Shown here: positions 32,539 through 47,500 of the stretch, in pieces | How positions within the stretch are numbered: position 1 is the first letter of the stretch | Layout of the letters: every line of letters begins with the position of its first letter | Source: Bugula neritina | Taxonomy: Eukaryota > Animalia > Bryozoa | DNA length: 64,000 nt | Direction: 5' to 3' | NCBI GenBank assembly: GCA_964035545.1 | Contig: OZ037768.1 | Span: forward strand, 8,464,741 to 8,528,740 | The notes under the pieces: model-generated | Databases searched by the model: none | What the model saw: the letters and a program-made list of their open reading frames with translations, nothing else | Told to the model about the DNA's origin: nothing | Translations under genes and position numbers: made by a program

Positions 32539-35500
32539 ATGAATATGTCTAGCAGTAAAGACAGCATTCCCATTCGGTTGGCAAAACTAAATCAACAGAT
32601 TGAAGGAAAAGTACCAGCCAGCTCTCTAAACCATCTGATTTTAAAAGATGGGCTATTAGATTCTCTTCTTGCTCTCTACGATGAATGTAAGAGGAAAGCT
32701 AATCTCACTCAAAAAAACCCACCAAGACATTTCTCTGGCTTTCTTCATAGAGGTAAATTTAAAACCTCACTTATGCTGTAAGTAGAATATAATGGCACAA
32801 ACTTTAAATTTCTAGACCCTCTTGTAGCTTTTGGATACACTTATGCTGTGATACAGTTATAGTTAAAAGGCTATCAAGTGTTTCCATTCAAATGTTTCCA
32901 TAAAATATTATTACCAGTGTTTAAAAACTGCTAACTTCGAAAACACATTAAATTTTCCTCCTTTAACAATTTAAAGAATAGAAAGGTTTTCGAAATCGGT
33001 GTATTCTAATTTGTTGAAAGTTAAATATTTACAAGTGAGCAAACGCATTTTTGTAAAAGTTGATAAATTTGGTTGTACATTGCTGTATAGTTGGAAGTAC
33101 AGTCAAAGATATTCAGAGACTGAGAGTGAATGCCAACGACTTTTCAACCCTGAAGCTTATTGGGCAAGGTCATTTTGGCCAAGTCAAAGTAGTAAAAGAA
33201 AAGGTCACAGGAGAAATTTATGCTTTGAAAGTTATCAGAAAGAAAGATGTACTTGCACATCAAGAGGTTGGTTTTGTGGAAACCTTTTCTCTATTTAATT
33301 CATCATGAATAGCAGAATAGCAAATAACATAATATATTTTTATATTTCTGTCTGTCAAGTTCTTGCTATCCGTAACAAAGCATGGGCTACGTTTGCTCTG
33401 TCATCATTTAATATGTTGACTTTGATACACTAAACTTGTTAATGATGCATTACTATTCTAGCATGTTGCTTTACTCTAACTAACTTTTGTAACATTTAAA
33501 ATAGTTTCTTATTTTATGTGGGTTAGTCTTTACGCATGCTTTGGAATTATCCTACCTTTCAGGTCATTGAGACAGAAGAATCCTCTAACATGGCGGTAAA
33601 TGCGCTTTTATTTTCTGAGTGTTGAACTCAGATTTTTTTCACTCTGCTTTGGTCTTTGACAAACTCTATCTTGTGAACCTTTTGTATCACCTGCATGGTA
33701 AACATGACATTAGAAATGAAAGCAGACTCTTACTAAAGATTTCTCCATTGGAGAGTGACTCGTCGTAGATTGTGCGCGGTGTTGAGTGACTCAGTGTGCG
33801 GTGATTTGTTTACAGGGTGGCGTTAGTTATCTTCTAGTCACATAGTTGCAGGGATGTGGGGTGAAAATTTGTCACACTTAACTTCAGCGCTGCCCGTGTG
33901 TTTTAGAAGTCTGCTGTTGATATCAGAATTTAAAAGAATGTGGAATATCTTTCGCTCTCCTGTAATACAATGTTTGTTTAACCAGACTTCCTATCTACCA
34001 CTTGCAGCTCAACCCAATCTTTCTGTCCTGCTTTCTAAACTCTTCATAATAGTTCCTATATGCACTTACAACAATTGTCTTGGATTATGCGTAGGCTGCA
34101 TACTTTGAAGAGGAACGAGATATCATGGCTAAGAGTAATAATGCCTGGCTCACACAACTTCATTATGCCTTCCAGGACGAATATTGTTTGTATTTAGCTA
34201 TGGATTTTCATCCTGGGGGAGATTTAGCCATTCTGCTTGGCAGGCAAGTTTTATGCATCCCAATTTGTGACTAGATAGTGTTTATATTTTTAATGGTTAG
34301 CTGATAAAAGTTGTAATATATTGCATTGCCTTTTCTGTTACATGATCCTACGCAAAGATTAGTAATTCCAATCGCAATTTGCTTTATAGATACGAAACAC
34401 TGTCTGAAGACATGGCGAAGTTTTATGTGGCGGAGATGGCTTTGGCAGTGCACGCCGTACACTCACTCGGCTACATACACAGGGATATTAAACCTGATAA
34501 TTTTCTGATTGATCGAACCGGTCACCTGAAGCTGACAGATTTTGGCAGTGCCGCTAAGATGAACAGTGATGGAAAGGTTAGTCATGTTATGTTTTACATA
34601 GACATTGAAATAAGGAAGTCTATTCTCCTGTTGCTAAGCTAAGACTTGTCAGTTTTTAAAATATTTGAATGCAAATAAAATGAAAGTGCTGCCTTAAAAA
34701 TTTAAAGTTTACAATAAAGATATATGATTTTTATTTTCTTATGTGTGACAGGTATCTGGTAAAATGCCTGTTGGAACCCCCGACTACATTGCCCCTGAGC
34801 TGCTGACATCTATGACCTCTAGCTCAGACAGACCATACAACAGACTGGTTGACTGGTGGTCTCTCGGCATCATCACTTATGAAATGGTCTGCGGCCACCT
34901 TCCTTTTTCTGATGAAAACCACAGCGTTGTCAATACTTACAGCAAGATTATGAAATTCAAAGTAAGTTGTTTATGATGACATTTACAAAAAAAAGCATTT
35001 TTCAATGTCCCTGGCGTTCAATTTATAGTTGAGAGTTGTGCCCCCTTAGCAGGTACATACCTTAATCAAGCTTCTATTAGCCACAGTGGTGGCAACCAGC
35101 ACACTGAATAATTAATTAGATTTGTATCCTAGCTACCACTGCAGCATTTCTCAATGAACCATGAAAATGCTTTCATGTTCTTTTTTTTAAACTTATTGAT
35201 ACTATTTTTAAATACCAATATGTGTCTTTTTACTAAAATATTATTTATTTTTTAAAAGAACAAGTATATAGCAGAGTTTGGATTTTTAAATGGCAGTCAA
35301 ACTTTAAAATTTTTAATGAGACTGATCTATGTAATGAAGTTGAAGTATGTACTTGTTAAGAGGACACAACTCTTGATTATAAATTAAGTTATAGGGGCAT
35401 TGAAAAATAGTACATTGAGCATTTTATTAGCACACATCCACAACTAAAAGGTTTAATTCTAAGTATTTAATAAATGGCTGCATTGATAACTATATTGTGT

Positions 35501-38500
35501 TGTGCTGCTTTAGGAAAACCTCATCTTTGCTAAAAGTGATGTTCCGCTAACACACACTGCTAAAAAGTTCATCGAAGGTTTATTAACTGAAGCCAGATTC
35601 AGGATGGGCTTTGATCAGATCTCATCACACAAGTTTCTCAACACTATGAACCTGAAGGATATAAGGAGTGGTAGGAGTTGTGCTCTCACTTATCTATTGA
35701 CTTTTTACAATCAGCAGTTATTAGTTTCACTATTTTCAACTCAGTTTTAGCAGTACTACGGTTTACTTTTTGATAGCATGCTTTTGAAGACTAAGCAGCT
35801 GTGTAGTCTTGTAGAGATGTCCTCAAGCCCAGCTGCCTTCATTTTATAGTACAACCGATCGATAAATTGCTTTAAAAATGTGTATTGGCTTAGTGCCCAT
35901 TAACTTGGCGAGCTCGTATGTACGACAAACTTAGTTGTTGCAATTGAGCAGCTGCATTGCATGAATCTTATAGGCAATTACTCTAAACTTCAACACTTTT
36001 TGGAGCATATCGGTGCCAGGTGAAGAAATTTTTTTAGGTTTTTTGAAGTTTGTTACTTTATGATTTTGATTACAATGCAGATTGTTCTTGTTTAGCAACT
36101 CCGCCATATATTCCTAAAGTAGCTGGTCCGGAAGATACCAGCAATTTTGAGGAAGTTGATGCTCATCAGAATTCTCCCGGAGAAGATTTTCAACACTCAC
36201 CAATGAGAGACTTGCCATTTATTGGATTCACATTTTATCGAAATTTAGCATTGCTCAAAGCAAAAAGGTACAAATGTGTTTGTAATGTAATGGCAACCAC
36301 TAACTTATATCGTACATAGTTCCAATAATACTGTAGTTTGGCGATAAACAATACATTGTACACTAATCTATGGGTCTCATTATAGGCAGCATCTGGTATA
36401 CCTATGGTGTGTAGTATTCCAACTTGAAGGCTGCAATGGTGACCTTCAAATATGCAGTGCTGATAAATACATTTATTAATATAAAAGTGCGTTCAGAGTT
36501 TTCAGTCAACAATTTTACCTTGTGTCTTGTAGTGCAAATTAATTATTGTCTTTTCAGCATATATTTAGTTCACAGTAACTGAACTCAAACCATCATTTTA
36601 ACTGTAGCTTATCTCAGCAAACAGATGTTTTAAACCTGATTTAACTGATACACAATATTTTTGCTGAATTAGTATAGGTGCACCTAAAAATATTGTATTG
36701 CTAAATTAAACTTACAGTTGTTCATTGCTATAATTTGCACCTCAGTTCTTCATCTTCAACACCTGGCACTGACTTGCTGGACAAAGTACTACAAGGTGCT
36801 GGCGATCATGACAGCTGTAACCGCCTTGAACTGCAGCAAAGCCAGAAAAAAGAGACAGCCTTGAGAAAGGAAGTTGTAAGTAGAGTAGAGTAGTTTAGAT
36901 GTGAGTAGTATTCAGCCGAGTCTTCATATTTACAAAGCTTTTAACCTCTACTGATCTTGATCAAGTTTCTTTCTTAATTTACCTAATTTGGTGCCAGATG
37001 TGTTCTCATTTATTGGAATGGGTTTTTCTATAGAATTATTAGTAATTGATTGTATTTAATTTGTTTAACTAATTTTGGTTGTGCACACAGAAATCAGCAT
37101 CTTTTCAAAATTTTTAAATATTTCACGTATACATTAACATAATAATACACTGAGCATGAAGCTACAGGTAAGTAGCTGCTGTCTGTCGGATCAAAACCAG
37201 CAATGAAGTATAACAAAGTGTTACAGGCTGTTTTTCTAATATATATTTCGTTTTGTTGGGAGTTGTCTTTACCTGGGATACAATCATTCTACTGCTGTAT
37301 GTGCTGTATTTACGTAGGTGACTTTCATGAAAATTCTTGCGTACATGCATTCAATTATTAGGCTTTACTTTTAATAAACTTTCACCAATAAGCTTACGCT
37401 CAGTGTTTGGAGTTGTTATTTCAATGATAAAGTAATGAAGATATTTTTTCATCCAATGAAATGTATACTGAATATAGTAAAAAATATATCTTTTGCAATC
37501 ATGAATAGTAGTTAGTGAATTTGTTTGAAGGGTTTCGAAATTAAGTTGCAATAAAAGTATTCATCTTAATTCTTTGAAATATATAACTGCGTGGAACAAA
37601 CTCTCACGACGTAAGGCTACCAAGACATTTTATTGTTTTGTGAGTTATGTGAATATTTCATTGAAATATAGACTTGTGTGACGGGTGTTATATATACATG
37701 CTAAGAGGAGAGTAGTGTGACCAGGTGGACACTTGCCTAATCAATGGAAATCCAACAACTTTTTTACAATTTTGTAAAATTAAAAGTTACAAGTTAATTA
37801 TTAGTGATATTCAAAATCAGGCGGTTATAATTTCTTCTGCCGAAAATTACCTGAAATATGTCTTTTCTAAACATATTTTTGGTCCTATAAATCTCCAAGT
37901 TTACATAGTCGAATATTTGTTTGTTTTTTTTTGTAGTGTCTATGTTTCAGCATCATTTTGAAAGTTCAATCTCATGTTATGAAAATTACGTAAATTATAT
38001 TTGTTTATAGATTGCCTGGATTGAAGTGCTTGTAAGGACATTTCAGTTTTATGGTGTTTTTATTTTCTTCCATAATGTAATTTATTTTTAAGTAACTTAT
38101 AATTAACATTTTCCTTCATTTACTACTAATATTTCAATGTTAGTATTGGCTTATTTTCTAACTTTGAAGACTAACAATGTGGGTGGTCCATGTTGCGTGT
38201 CACTTAGTGACATATGCAAGTGTTGACTCTGTAGGAAAAGCTACGTGCAGCTTTGAAGCAGAAGGACGGTTATATAGACAAGCTGGAGAGCAGCAAAGAG
38301 ACTCAGGCTAGAGAGCTGGCATACTTGAATGCTTCAAATGTAGACCTTGTTGATCAAAATAAGGTGAGAATAAATAAACTGTCTCGAGAAAACATCTACG
38401 GTGTACCATTTATAGCACCACCAGCTGTGTATTTTAATACGTGTGCATTTAATTTTGTTTTATTTCTTCTAATGAACTATTTCTTCAAATTTTAACGTTT

Positions 38501-41500
38501 ATACCTGGTGAGTGGTAAATGAACCAGTAATGTTCCTAATAACATTATGCAATACTACTTGTAAATCTAGTAAGAAAATTTTAACAGGTTCAATTAGTTC
38601 AGTTCATAGAGTTATCCTCTCTTGGTTAAAAAATAGATATAAATTCTGAATGTGAAGAGTTTTAATATTTTTATTCAAGCTATTTTTTGTTGAGAAATCC
38701 ACAACTAAAGGTACCTCTTTAAGGTTATTGCAAAATATAATATGCTTTGTAACTCTGAAATTCAACTTAGGGACTCAACTGATGCTGGGCTGTAAATCTT
38801 GCTAATGTTATAATCATCACTACAGTGATATACATATAAGAACTTTTTGGGCTACTTAAACTGCATACACATTATTATTTGCTTAAAAATAACATAAAAT
38901 AAGAGTTTTACAGAAAATTTAATATAGTTTTGGAGTTGTCCTCTCAGTTCAGTCGGTATTGACTATTTTGGGCTTATTGTCCTCGATTGGTATGTTATCT
39001 TGGCCAACTTAATTATAACTTCCATTTCTGACATAGTGACATTGGTATTATTTAAGTAGTGCTATCTTCTACTAACTATTCCTATAACTCCCAGGTGTGA
39101 TTTACCAGAAAGCAAGCTACATTTAGATTATCTAAAAACCGAGATTACCTTATCTCAACAAATATAATGTCGATAGCTTGTGATATTTGCTGGTTTAATG
39201 AAAAAATGGTTTAGTTGAGTTTAGTAGTTTTTTAAGTATTTGGTTTATTCTACTTGTACAGCAATAATTATTATTGCAGCCAGTTTCCACACTTTAGGTA
39301 GCCCTAATAAGTTATTGAATGTAAGTTGTAGTCCAGAAGTATATGCTAGATTCCCTATCAGCTACACCAATTTTTGTTTTTGTTTTTTCAGCAGTCATAA
39401 ATGGATTGCTGATTATATTAACAATAACCCAAAGGATAACATGTTCAAAGTATTTGATAACATAGTTCCCATTTGCTGGCTCAACTTTTAGATTGGTTTA
39501 GTTTAGTTGTACAACTAGATGTAGTTTATAATTACAATTTACTTCTGTCATGAGAAGTTGTCTTCCTATTGATTTGAGCAAATCTTATTGTGTCTCAGTA
39601 TTATATAATAATGGTAGAAGCTAAGGCATTTATGTCAAGTGCATTTAGCTTAGGCAGTTATGTTTCAAGTACGTCAACCTATTAGCAACTTGTAAGTGCA
39701 CCTTTTAGATCTTTATATTGGGGCAACTATTTTCAGTGAATAGTAAACTGGGCCTTTTACTTTAAAAAGTATAGGCTTTTATGCCAGTATTTCTGCCAGC
39801 AGTGCTACATTGTTTCAAGTCCTACTATTCTTAGTTTAGCAGCTTGGCGCGTGCTTTGCAGTTGGGTTACTGTTGTAAACATTCCATGTTATCAGAAACT
39901 TACAAGTACATTGGAAGCAACTCGTGAAGTCTACGAGAAAGTGATGGGAGAGACAGAGGATTTCATGCAAGTTCTACATGGCAGAGAAAAAGATCAGACT
40001 GAGTATGAGCATACTATGAGGTAAAGAAGAAAGGATAATTTAATTTAGAAATTATTATACCTTACTCGTGCACAAATTGTGTCTTTCTATATGTATGTAT
40101 TGTACTTGTCTTTTATTCTTAACTCTTCATGGTTTAGTTTTAAACTGTCTGTTTTCTCTGCCATCTAAACCTTATACAAGTATAGGTAGGTAGGTAGTGC
40201 TTTTCTTTCACATCATACCGGAAGAATCTAAAGACTTTCTAGACTTTATATATGTTCTAGTTGTGCTCTTAACCACTTACAGACAATCACATCCAGCATC
40301 AACTAAATTATGATATAAAGCCGCATCATTCTGTCACCTACATGCTAAGTGTGCAAATTCTTGGTTGGGTATAACCATGTAACCCTAATGAATTTGGCTA
40401 GATTTGGTGTATATGTTTATTGTTCTCAAGTATTGTTCTTGGGTCAATGGAGTATTCCAGATAATAGATGTACAAGTAGTTATGTTTGTTTATGAAATTC
40501 AAGATAGCTTCAAACACAATAATTAAAAAGAGCTAGTTTTAGGTGTTATAATATGCATGTGTTCATTACACTGGCTATTATTAGTGTTGCTTGGACTATA
40601 AATATAACTTGGGTGGGAATATAATAGACAGTCAAGCATCAGCCAAACAATAGCTTCTTTAATATTATGCATTGACTGTGGCTTATTCAATGGCGGCAAA
40701 GTATTGGCATTTGAAAAGAGTGAAGTGAAATCAAATTGAACTAAACAACTAAAGGGCTAGTATGCATGCAATTACTTCAGTGGCTGTGTGGCACTTGTGG
40801 GGCTGACAAGTGTTGAGTCTGCCCACAGCTTTAAAGTTTTAGTTGAAGGCATGGATAACGACTTATCTCCTGCTTACTTCAATTGTATTAAATACGTTTT
40901 GTGGTGGGTTTTATATCAAATATTTATTCTTAAAAAAAGTAATTTTATATTGTTTCAAGTAAATATCAAAAATTTCACTAGTAAGACTAGTTTTAAATTT
41001 GTCTTTTTTTGGCCATGTGACTAGTAGTTTTATTATTGTCTATATTTTGTGTTTAGTGATGTTAATGGCATAAAATTGGTCATTAGTTTTGCAATAGTTA
41101 TCATACTTTTTGTAGTCAAGAATTAGAATATCTAAAATCTGAATTGGTGAAACTAGATGGGACAGTTGTTGAGAAAGATGCAGAGTTAGTTGCTCTTGGT
41201 AAAAAGGTTGGTGATCTCTAAATTACATAATATGCATTTTCATGTTTCACTTCTTATATTATTATGTTTATGAATTATGGTTTTCACATTAGCATCTGTG
41301 CAACCAAATTGTTTAAGGTTCATATAGTTGAATTATTGCTATTGAAAACGACCAAAAAACCACCAGATTCAACCAACACAGACTCATCACACCACTGAGT
41401 TAAAAATGCAGCTGTACTTGTTTAACTCCCATCAGGTTGCATAGCCACCAGCTTGCTTGTGAAAATACTGATATGGCGGTTTTGCTCCTTTACTTCTTAT

Positions 41501-44500
41501 TCACTTTTGTTTTTACCTGGTGTAATTCTTATGTATACTTTTCTCTAATTTATCTTCAGTTACAAAGTTTTACCTTACTGTTATATGGATGATCGATATC
41601 ATGCATGTCAATCCTTTTCAGACTGAGCGGCTAGATGGTGAAAACAATCGGTTGAAATCATTGATTGAGGTAGAAAGACAGCGGGCAGACAAAGCTAACC
41701 AGCTGCTCTCTGAATCTCGAAAGGGCACTCTGATTGTGAAGTGTGAGATTGAAACTCAGCATGTGCAGAGTGAGGGGAGAGTCACTGATCTGCAGAGGCA
41801 GCTGGATAAGGTTGGGTAGCGCTCAGCTGTTTATAGCGTACTAAAACTACTTTTTATGCATCTGGTTTAGGACACATTGGTTACTTGAAATGGTTGTTTT
41901 CCTGCTTTTAATTTTTATATTATTTGTCGTCTCTTGTATTCCCTCCCCCCCTCCCCAGCTGTTAGTTTTCATTGGGTTTTCAGCAGGTCTACGGTAAGCT
42001 GCCCAACTTTCTATATTGCCATGGTAAATTATTTTTCAAGTTCATTCTTTGACTGCCTTTCCAGGTTTTGGCGAGTAACAGAGCTGCCACAGAGTTGATG
42101 GAACAAATGAAGGACGAGAAGTTTCGGCTTGAGCAAGAGTTGAGTGCTGTCAAGGCTATAGCTACTCGACGTCAAACTGACAGAGATGCTGAGGTAGAAA
42201 CTTATACTAATACGTTAATAATGATCAGATGCCAACTACTTTGTTGTCAACATTCTGTTTACAAACTTCGCTCAGTGCTCAATTGTTTGTGTTGATTTAT
42301 TGGCCAGCTCTTTTACCAGTTAACTTATCATGCGATTGCACTCATGTCTTCAAGTTATGAATGCGTGCAATAGTTCGCAATCACAGTTTTTTTCAAGTGA
42401 TTTAATGATACCTTTTGTCCTACTGTGTACATCTTTCTGTGTCTAACATTAAGATGAAGCGACATACTATATCCGAGACCGAGAAGATGAGGTTATCTCG
42501 TGCAGAGGTCCGTAATGCTGAACTGAGTAGTGAAATTCATGCCAAGAGTCAGCAGGCACAGTTATTGGCTTTAAAGATATCCGTAAGTCTTGCCCTTCTC
42601 TATATATCATCGTAGATTAGAAGCAGATGATGATATCTTTGCGTGTCATATGACAGTGGAATACGCTGCTTGAGTACTAAAAGGCTAGCTGATGCTATGT
42701 ACCTTTAAATAACTATATCTGTATATGAGGTGGGCTTTGGCTGATCTATCTTTTGGTACTGTTTGTGCAGGATCTGACAGACCAAGTAGAAGATGCTCAG
42801 CAGCATTATGAGAGAGAGAAGAAATTCAGACAAGAAGTGGAGAGGTCACTTAGAGACAGGATTCAAGAGCTGGAAGACGAGCTGGCCAAGGCTTGTGCTC
42901 AACTAGACCGGCTGAAGCAAGAGCAGAGGAACATGTCCGACAATGCACCAGAAAACAAATGCCTTGTAATTGAACAGTCACAGGTAATGCATCTACGCTT
43001 CTGATTGGGATTTTTGTGTACCTAGGTGGTGATCGACATGACAAAATAATTCCATTTTGATTGTAGACTATAGAAATTCTCAAGGCTAATGTTGAAAAGT
43101 TGGAGAATCTCATTTGTGGAATGAGAGATGGTTTTGATGAAAAGGAGCAGCGAAGAGATCAACGGGGTCGACAGGAAACCAGGTAATTTCTGACACCCTG
43201 ACTATTATTATGTAACGTGTGTGCAAAGTTAGGTGATTTCCGTGAAACTTCAGGGATACTTACTATAAACAAAATGTCTTTCAGGCGTTGGGCTGAGATT
43301 GTGGGTGAGTTGAAGCAGGAGAACATGTACCTGGAAAGAAAAATAGAACATCTCAACACTCAACTACAAGCTAAGGTTGATTTTGAGAGCTCCTATAAGG
43401 ATAGACTGAGGACAGCGCGGCTTGAGCTTCAAGAGGTGGGCATATAACAAGCTTTGAGTTTTGGGAAGTTTTTATTTTGCTCTCTTAAAATTACAACTAG
43501 TCCTCTAACACCAACTATTGCCAAGTGCTAGAGGTGTTTTAGTTAGCACTGGCTGTGCTGTAGAAAACTTTTCTTTGTACGGTTTTGATAAAGCTAAAAT
43601 AGCGGAGCAAACTAGTGCTAATTTCACTACAGTGCTGATCCACTTGAGATTTTTACATAACTTTTATAAATCAAGCTTTTACTAGAGCTCAAATATCTTG
43701 TAGGTTAATCTCAAATTAAGTCTATCTATTTGGTCTTGCCATTCTCCTAAGTGCTATCCAGCTATGCAAAGTATACATCTATGGGGTTTATGATCTTTCA
43801 ACAACACAGGTGAAAGAGAAAGCGGATGGTGATATTGCAGCCCTGAAGAAAGAGGCTTTAGAAGCTGAAGTGAAAATGACTGATGCTAAATCTGAAGCAG
43901 CTAGTAATGCCCAGTCTGAAAGATTGCTGCGGCGCAGGTTTGAAAACTTGCAAAAGCAAGTCCAGGAAAAGGAGAGTACACATGAGCAGCAGCTACAGGA
44001 TGTTCAGGTGTGTGAATAGATCTGGTTAGTATGTTCATTGTTGCTAAACTCAGATTCAGTATCAACATGACTGGATTAAATTTTTTCAGAAAAGGTCCCA
44101 TGATTGTGAAACTCATTGCTGCAGTGAAATTCGCTAACTGAACTGATTTTAATCACATTCGTTGGTGACATACAAGCAGCATTTCTTCCTTCCTGCAGCT
44201 CATTACATTGCCATGTTTGTTGCAGAATGAAAAGCAAACATTAAGTGATCAGATTGAAATACTCAAAGAAGAAACTCAAGTAAGTTCTCCATGACATAAT
44301 AATGCTCCACATCTCTTTCTTTTCATATTCCATTTTCAATCAGATTCATTCTCAATATCATTATGCCTCGCCATTATCTCTGTTCACCTTATCCAGTTGC
44401 ATCACACACCTATCCGTTCTTTACCTCTGCATTGTGCTCTCTACTGATTATTTCAGCAAACTTTCCAACAGAAGATCGTTTCTGAAAAGAGCTGTTTGAA

Positions 44501-47500
44501 GTAAAATACTGTTGGTTGTTCATGTTCATTTGTTAAGCTATGCTCCTATATCTTATTTGGGATTGAAAATTACTTTAATTTGTCACCCTGCTGCAAATAA
44601 TATGCATTTTGGATGGCCATATTTTTGAAGTTTGTTTTTTTAGTATGTTCACCTATAAAACTATTATGCATATTTAAAATTAGAAGATTATTGGTTTGAT
44701 ATTGTTTTATTTTATTTTATTGCTAAAAAGTTGCAAAGTATTGATAAATTGATTTTTTAAATATAGCATTGATATGTGTTACTAAACTGTTAGCATATAT
44801 TTATTTGGTGGCATGAAACCATATATTTACAAATCATGAAATTTTCCCGTAAAAGCACTTTAAGAAAGTTTAGTGTTGGTAAAATGTAGAAACGTTTAAA
44901 CTGAACTTGGCTCAGGTTATTTTCGGCTCATCTACCTCTGCCACGCCACCATCTCCCTCTACCTCTCCCTCTACCACGGCCTCTCATTCCTCCTCTACCA
45001 GAACTGTCTACATACTCTACATCATATCTGTTGTATTGTCTCTTATAGATATCTAAGTCTCTGCGCTGTTTCAAATATCCATCTATACTTTCCAGTAGCA
45101 CCTGTAAATATCACACTCTTTCATTGCGGGAATTACACTAGCAGTAACTTTGTTTGGGTTTTTAGAAGTAGTTTATAATGATTTTTAGGCTATACATGCA
45201 AATTTGGCAAAACTACAATTTGAACTGCTATTTTGTTTGCACCTGAAGATTGTCGTGATCATGTCGCCTCCGTGATCCAATAATTTCACAAAAGAGAGAA
45301 ATTATAACAAAAAGCATGCAGCCCAAGACGATGGCAAATATCTGCCAGGCATCAGCTTTTCTTTGAACTTTTGTTTCGCAAAAAGGTCCACTATAACCTT
45401 TTTTGCAATTGCATATAAATTGATTTGTTGTCTTGTTTTCCTGCTCACACCACCCCTAAAATAATCGAAAAAAATTTCCGGTTGTAAATTATTGACAGAT
45501 TCTGGACAATATCAGTTATAGCGTTTTTTCTAATACTAACTCTAAAAGTTTCCGTGTTGCAACTGTAACAATCTGCGTCGTTTTCACACAGCTCCCGATT
45601 CTTCTGACTGTTGCAGACTGGTATCACCTCTGTGCAGTGTACCCCCTCAGTTGTGGAGTCACATAGACATTTGTACCCATTATGTTTGTCTATGCATTGC
45701 GCTGACGGGGCACAGGGGTTGCTACTGCATTCATTTACTTGATACTCGCAGTGGTCTCCTAATGCACCTTGACACCGGCACCTAAATCCTAAAATACAAG
45801 GAGCATAATTTATAATATTTTATATGAAGAATTAAAAAACAAATTTTTATTAATAGCAGGGTATGCATTCCCATACACTTAATGGTATAGCAAAATCAAG
45901 TCAATAGCTAGTCTATGGGACTTTAACAAGGAAAAGCAGAACTGTAAGTTTACCAAGTACTCACTTAGCATTACGAGAACAGTCAGGTGCAAGATGAGTT
46001 GGAACTTTGCAAAGAAAATTTTTCTGCTGTTTCCATTAACTGTCTAACCAAAAGCCTAGTATTTATAATCTCTATGTGGAAATAAAGATGCAGCAGTGGT
46101 TACCTCCTGGTTTGCTGGAGTCTGGTGTGCATATGCCACCATTTTTACACAAGTTTTCCTCGGCACACACCTTCGAGGTCTCTTCATCGTAGAGATTTAC
46201 TGTACAAGTGGCACCTCCCCAAGGTATTGGGCAGTCACACCCACACCCCGCATCAAATAAATAGCCTACACCTCCATTTGCACACTCCGGGTTATTACAG
46301 CTACAAAATGGCAATATAATTTTGGAATATGAATGTAAGAATCAGAATTTAATCATAAAGCATATATAATATCACCAAGTGTGTGCAATATAAAGTATTG
46401 TCTTCATATAAAATGCATAGATTTTTTAATTTCTTGTGTTGTCTGCATTATTTAGGGGTGCTGAGCTGTCAACTTTATTGCTTTTTTTAATTTAGATTTT
46501 GATAAAATTGTAGGTTACTGAACTCAAAAATGTCATTTGATTTTTGTTATTGCAGTACCTCCGCCTTTTGCAGCGCTTGTAAATCCAATCACCATTTTCA
46601 TCGCAAATTGCGTAACTTCCTTTATGGTTGTCAATGTCTTGCTGTGTCCTGTACCCTATCTCACACGTGTACCTCAACCAGTCACCACTGAAATAGTGTA
46701 CATCTGAAGGGTCTTTCGCCTTTCCATCACATCCTATGTGGCAATGTGTCACATTCACCAGAAGTTCTGATTTAGGTTGCTGGTGTCGCTTTCTCATTGT
46801 GCCATAGTAGTAGGTGTAGATTCCTAGTATAGTTTAAATACTTATTGCACAATTGTTATTAGGATAAATTATTTGGCAAAAAAGAACTAGTTTTTGGTTT
46901 TTTTGCAAAGAAAATAGTGGTTAATGTTGAGGTCCCGTTACCAACCTTCAATTTTCGATACATGGTTGCCCACTACATTGTTAACTACTTGTGTGCATCT
47001 CTGCCTTGGTTTTCTGCACAGAAAGTGCTCCATGTCATTTTTAATGATGTTGTCTGGCCTTTTGTACGTTTCTTCATTGCATGGTACAAAGGCTATGTCA
47101 CTATCTACAATATGATTTGGTGAGGATTCAAGTCTTGCTTTCAAATGCTTAGAAAGATTTTGACAACTCATAAGCAGCCCTTTTATTTCACATTATTAGA
47201 ATAGCTTAAATTCCTTATTTCAACCAACATACTTTGTACTCTGTGGAAGTGTATCAGAAAATAAATGCATCCTAATGTTATTCATAACACACCTTTGGCT
47301 TCCTATCCAGTGAAACTTATTTTTGTGCAAGTGTAAATTCTTCAGTGTATGCATATATAAGATAACTTTTAGAAAGTCTTCTGCAGTAAGCATTATACGT
47401 TAATATCGTACCTGTGAATTCATCTTTTTCCATACGAAATGCTGCACAATTTATGTCTTCTTTTTTTAAATTGTTAAACCATCTGTGTTGTACTTTAATC

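Noticed and set aside
40530-40740. Minus-strand [11 protein letters not shown] resembling a Penelope reverse-transcriptase motif
   Set aside because: Only about 11 residues, with no other RT motifs nearby.
45965-46043. Additional exon of the nested EGF gene
   Set aside because: Contains a stop in the required frame; the neighbouring exons splice in frame without it.
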